Positions 60,866 to 64,000 of a stretch of DNA of 64,000 nucleotides are shown here, piece by piece. The stretch is taken from the NCBI GenBank assembly GCA_044892525.1, contig CM097885.1:57474001-57538000 (forward strand). Reading direction: 5' to 3'. Both the position numbers and the translations under genes were made by a program. The DNA comes from Schmidtea polychroa. Taxonomy: Eukaryota. Position 1 is the first letter of the stretch, and each line of letters starts with the position of its first letter. Below the pieces are notes generated by a model, which saw only the letters and a program-made list of their open reading frames with translations, was not told the DNA's origin and searched no databases.

Positions 60866-61459
60866 TGTAATGTAATAAGGAAATTGATGTGCCCGAAAGA
60901 GTCACCAATAAAAAAATGTGGCGGGATAATCGGGGTGCAGGCTGTGTTTTGTAACGATGCAAATAGTATAAAAAAAAATAAAATTAATATTCAACAATTG
61001 TTATAACGCTTTTAAACTTTTATTAAATAAAACCAAATATAATATTACTTCTGAAATTATCACTTTGTTTCTGAAATGGTTACTTTATTTCCGAAATTAT
61101 CACTTTGTTCCTGAAATTATCACTTTGTTACTAAGATTAATCCCGGAATTAGATTTGATTGGAATGGTCTGGATTGATGTAGATTTTCAATTCGCTTAAG
61201 ATTCGTGAGGATATCTAGTTAGTTTGGTATACGCTTGAAAAACCAGAATCATAAAATTTCAATTTTGATACTATTGATTTTTAAATTTTAAATTTTTTTC
61301 TATAGTGATAATTTACTATGGTAAATTATCACTATATAGTTTGTTTTTTTTATAAACATAAAATAAAAACCTTCGCCACGTAAACGTGAAGAATTGTTAT
61401 TTACATTCATAACATACGGTTAACAAAACCAAAAAAATAAATAATTACAATACATTACA
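60866..61459 (-). repeat. 3' LTR of the right-hand Gypsy element (~594 bp)
   Basis: Inverted termini TGTAATG (60866) / CATTACA (61459). Minus-strand PPT AAAGGGGGAAG at 61463-61473. Confidence 0.75.
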
Positions 61460-61635
61460 GAACTTCCCCCTTTAAAACCGGAGGTTAACATTTAAACAGC
61501 TTTACATATTTACAGAGATAAGATAAAACATATGTTGTTGTGTTTTGTGATGATTTAGATGTGTTTATGTTTTGTGTTTTACAACTAGCACATTATAAAA
61601 ATTGTACAACTAAATCTTGTGGGTGCATGTGTTGT

Positions 61636-64000
61636 CTATTTGAGGCAATCGCTATAACGCTTTTTGTATTCTGGTGTGATTGTTGTGTTATTGTCGAAAA
61701 TTTTTGTTAAGTATTTTTCGCTGAATCTGATGTGTTTCTGGTTTGTCTGTATTTCTGTTCGTTCTTGAACTTTGTACTTTGGGTGGTTGTTTTGAGGGTT
61801 TAGGTTATGGTGATTGTTAAGAGTTGATGTTTTGTTTTCGTGATATGGTTTTAATCTGCGTATGTTTATTTTGATTTGTTTATTGTCTTTTAAAATTGTG
61901 CCAACGTTTTTATACATATTTAACAGTTTGTATGGGCCTTCGTACTTTGTTTCAAATCCGCTAGTGAAGGGTTTCTTTACTAAAACCATGTCTATTATTA
62001 GTTCTGTTTGGTTTTGGGTTTTATTATTATTTTTGTTTTTTAGGATACTTTTTAGTATGGGTATTTGTGATTCTTTAGCGGTTGTTTTTATCTTGTTTTC
62101 GTTTTCGTCCTTTAAGTTTGGTAGGTTTGCATTGTGTCCAAAAACTGATTGGCTAGGGCTTTTGTTGTTTAGGCTTGAAGGGTTGTTTCGTAATCCTATT
62201 AGTATTTCTGGTAATTTTTCTAACCAGTTGTTGTTATTATTTGTTTTTGTTCGTATTGCTTGTTTTAATGATCGGTGTAATCTCTCAACTTTTCCGTTTG
62301 ATTGTGGATTGTATGCTGTTGTTCTGGTTTTGTTGATGTTATATTTGTTGCAAAGTCCTTTGAAGATGTCGGATTCAAATTGCCTACCCTGATCGCTGAT
62401 TATTGTCTTTGGGCAGCCATACCGGGCGAACCAGTTTAATTCTAATTTACTGCATATTTTTGGTGCTGATATTTCCTTTATGGGAATGGCTTCGAACCAA
62501 TTTGTTTTTCGGTCTATTATAGTTAATAAGTACTTGTGTTTATTATTTGGAGGTAGAGGGCCGACTATGTCGATATGTATCGTTTCGAAAGGTTCAGAAC
62601 TTGGAAATTGTACAATTGTTGTTTTGAATTGTTTTGTTGTTATTTTATTCTTTTGACACTGTGGGCAATTTTTTACGAACGTTTTTACGTCCCTTCTCAT
62701 GAAAGGCCAAACAACTTTGGTATGCAGAAGTTCGTATGTGGCTTTGTTTCCCGGATGGTAGATGTTGTGATATTTTTGGAGGTATTGATCGCGCAGTTCT
62801 GCTGGTACTACAATCCTTTTGTTATTGTCATTTGAAGTGTCGTACCATATGCCGTCTATTTCTTCCAGGTGGAGTGAATTCATCCTTGGAGTTTCGATTG
62901 TTGTTTCCTTTTGTTTAGTTTTTAACTTTTCTAACTCTATGATGGGTGTTATGTTAAGTGCATTTATGTCAGTTTCTATTCTTGATAATGCATCTGCACT
63001 TATGTTAGCTGAACCTGCTATGTATTTTATTTTGCAATTAAATTGTGAAATATAGTTTAATTGTCTTATTTGTCTCGGTGAAGGATTTTTCATGTTCAAT
63101 GCGTTTATTAAGGGTTTATGGTCGGTATACACTTCGAAATCTTTTCCTTCCAATAGGTATTGGAAATGTCTGATTGTATCATGTAACGCTAATAACTCCC
63201 TGTCAAAAGTGGAGTATCTCATTTGGTGAGTTTTGAGTTTCCTTGAGAAGAAAGCTATTGGTATTTTTTCGTTATTTTCTTCTTGGAATATCGTTCCGCC
63301 CATTGCTACTCCCGAACAATCTGTGTTGACTATGTAGGGTAATTCTTGGTTGGGATAGTTTAGGATGCTTGCATTTTTCAGATTTTCTTTTGCCTGTTCG
63401 AACGCTGTTATTAGTTTTTCGTTCCCATTTATTTTGATGTTTCTCTTTATTTTGTTCAGTTCATTGAGAGGGGCTTACATTTCACTACATCTTGGTATGT
63501 ATTTGTGATAGAAATTGATCATGCCAAGGAAACGTCTTAGCTCTTTTGTAGTTTTGGGTAGGGGGTAATTTTTGATTGCTTTGATTTTGTCGTCTAAAGG
63601 TCTTGTTCCATTTTCGTTTAACATGTGTCCCAGGAATTTTATTTCTGTTTTCAAAAATTCACATTTTTTTATGTTAATTTTTAGTTCATGTTTGCTTAAT
63701 ATTTCGAACACATTTTTAATATTTTGTATATGTTCTGTTTTGTTTGCTGATGCTATTAGGATGTCTTCAAAGTATACGACTGTGTTCTGTTGATTTCGTA
63801 ATATTTGGTCCATGAAACGTTGGAAAGTGGCTGCAGCATTTTTTAATCCAAAAGGCATTTTGTTATACCCGAAAAGTCCTATGGGTGTGATAATTGCTGT
63901 TTTCTTTATGTCTTCAGTTCTGACAGGAATTTGATGATAGGCTTTTTCTAAATCTATTTTGCTGAAAATTTTGGGTTTGTTAAATCTGTTGATGATATCG
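61636..64000 (-). pseudogene. Gypsy pol (RT-RNase H-IN); RNase H/IN frame open but RT inactivated
   Basis: MPFGLKNAAATFQR. The YxDD motif reads YFED. One in-frame TAA at 63475-63477. Also YSTFDRELLA, VYTDHKPL, HIDIVGPLP, SDQGRQF, YNPQSNGKVERLHR and YEGPY. Confidence 0.92.

Larger units (their letters stand above)
60866..64000 (-). mobile_element. Gypsy LTR retrotransposon, 3' part (continues past the window end)
   Basis: RT, RNase H and IN, then PPT and LTR, in Gypsy order. Confidence 0.92.

Overview
AT-rich eukaryotic (metazoan) scaffold segment with three N-gaps. A free-living flatworm or similar invertebrate is a guess from base composition and ~50-bp introns only. From left to right it contains: a ~331-bp tandem satellite (1-6370); MITEs and Gypsy debris; a decayed 8.9-kb Gypsy LTR element (10379-19325, 4-bp TSD CTAA) whose integrase runs in frame into an env-like membrane protein with FN3-like repeats; a multi-exon host PHF12-like gene (PHD-PHD-FHA, 24145-33583) with an intact DD37D maT/mariner transposase inside an intronic minisatellite; an actin pseudogene; Penelope and Gypsy remnants; a near-intact 14,922-bp Polinton/Maverick (adintovirus-like) element (45606-60527, 263-bp TIRs, 6-bp TSD GATATA); and the 3' part of another Gypsy element. 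The Polinton encodes capsid, penton, protease, packaging ATPase, integrase and pPolB. It is the most unusual part of the window. It carries a tandem array of three tRNA-like Pol III units, a stand-alone paralog of the pPolB C-terminus with a purifying-selection signature, TIRs that are themselves bounded by inverted termini, a PLA2-integrase fusion and a fibre-like ORF. All protein assignments come from motif recognition by eye. No database search was run.
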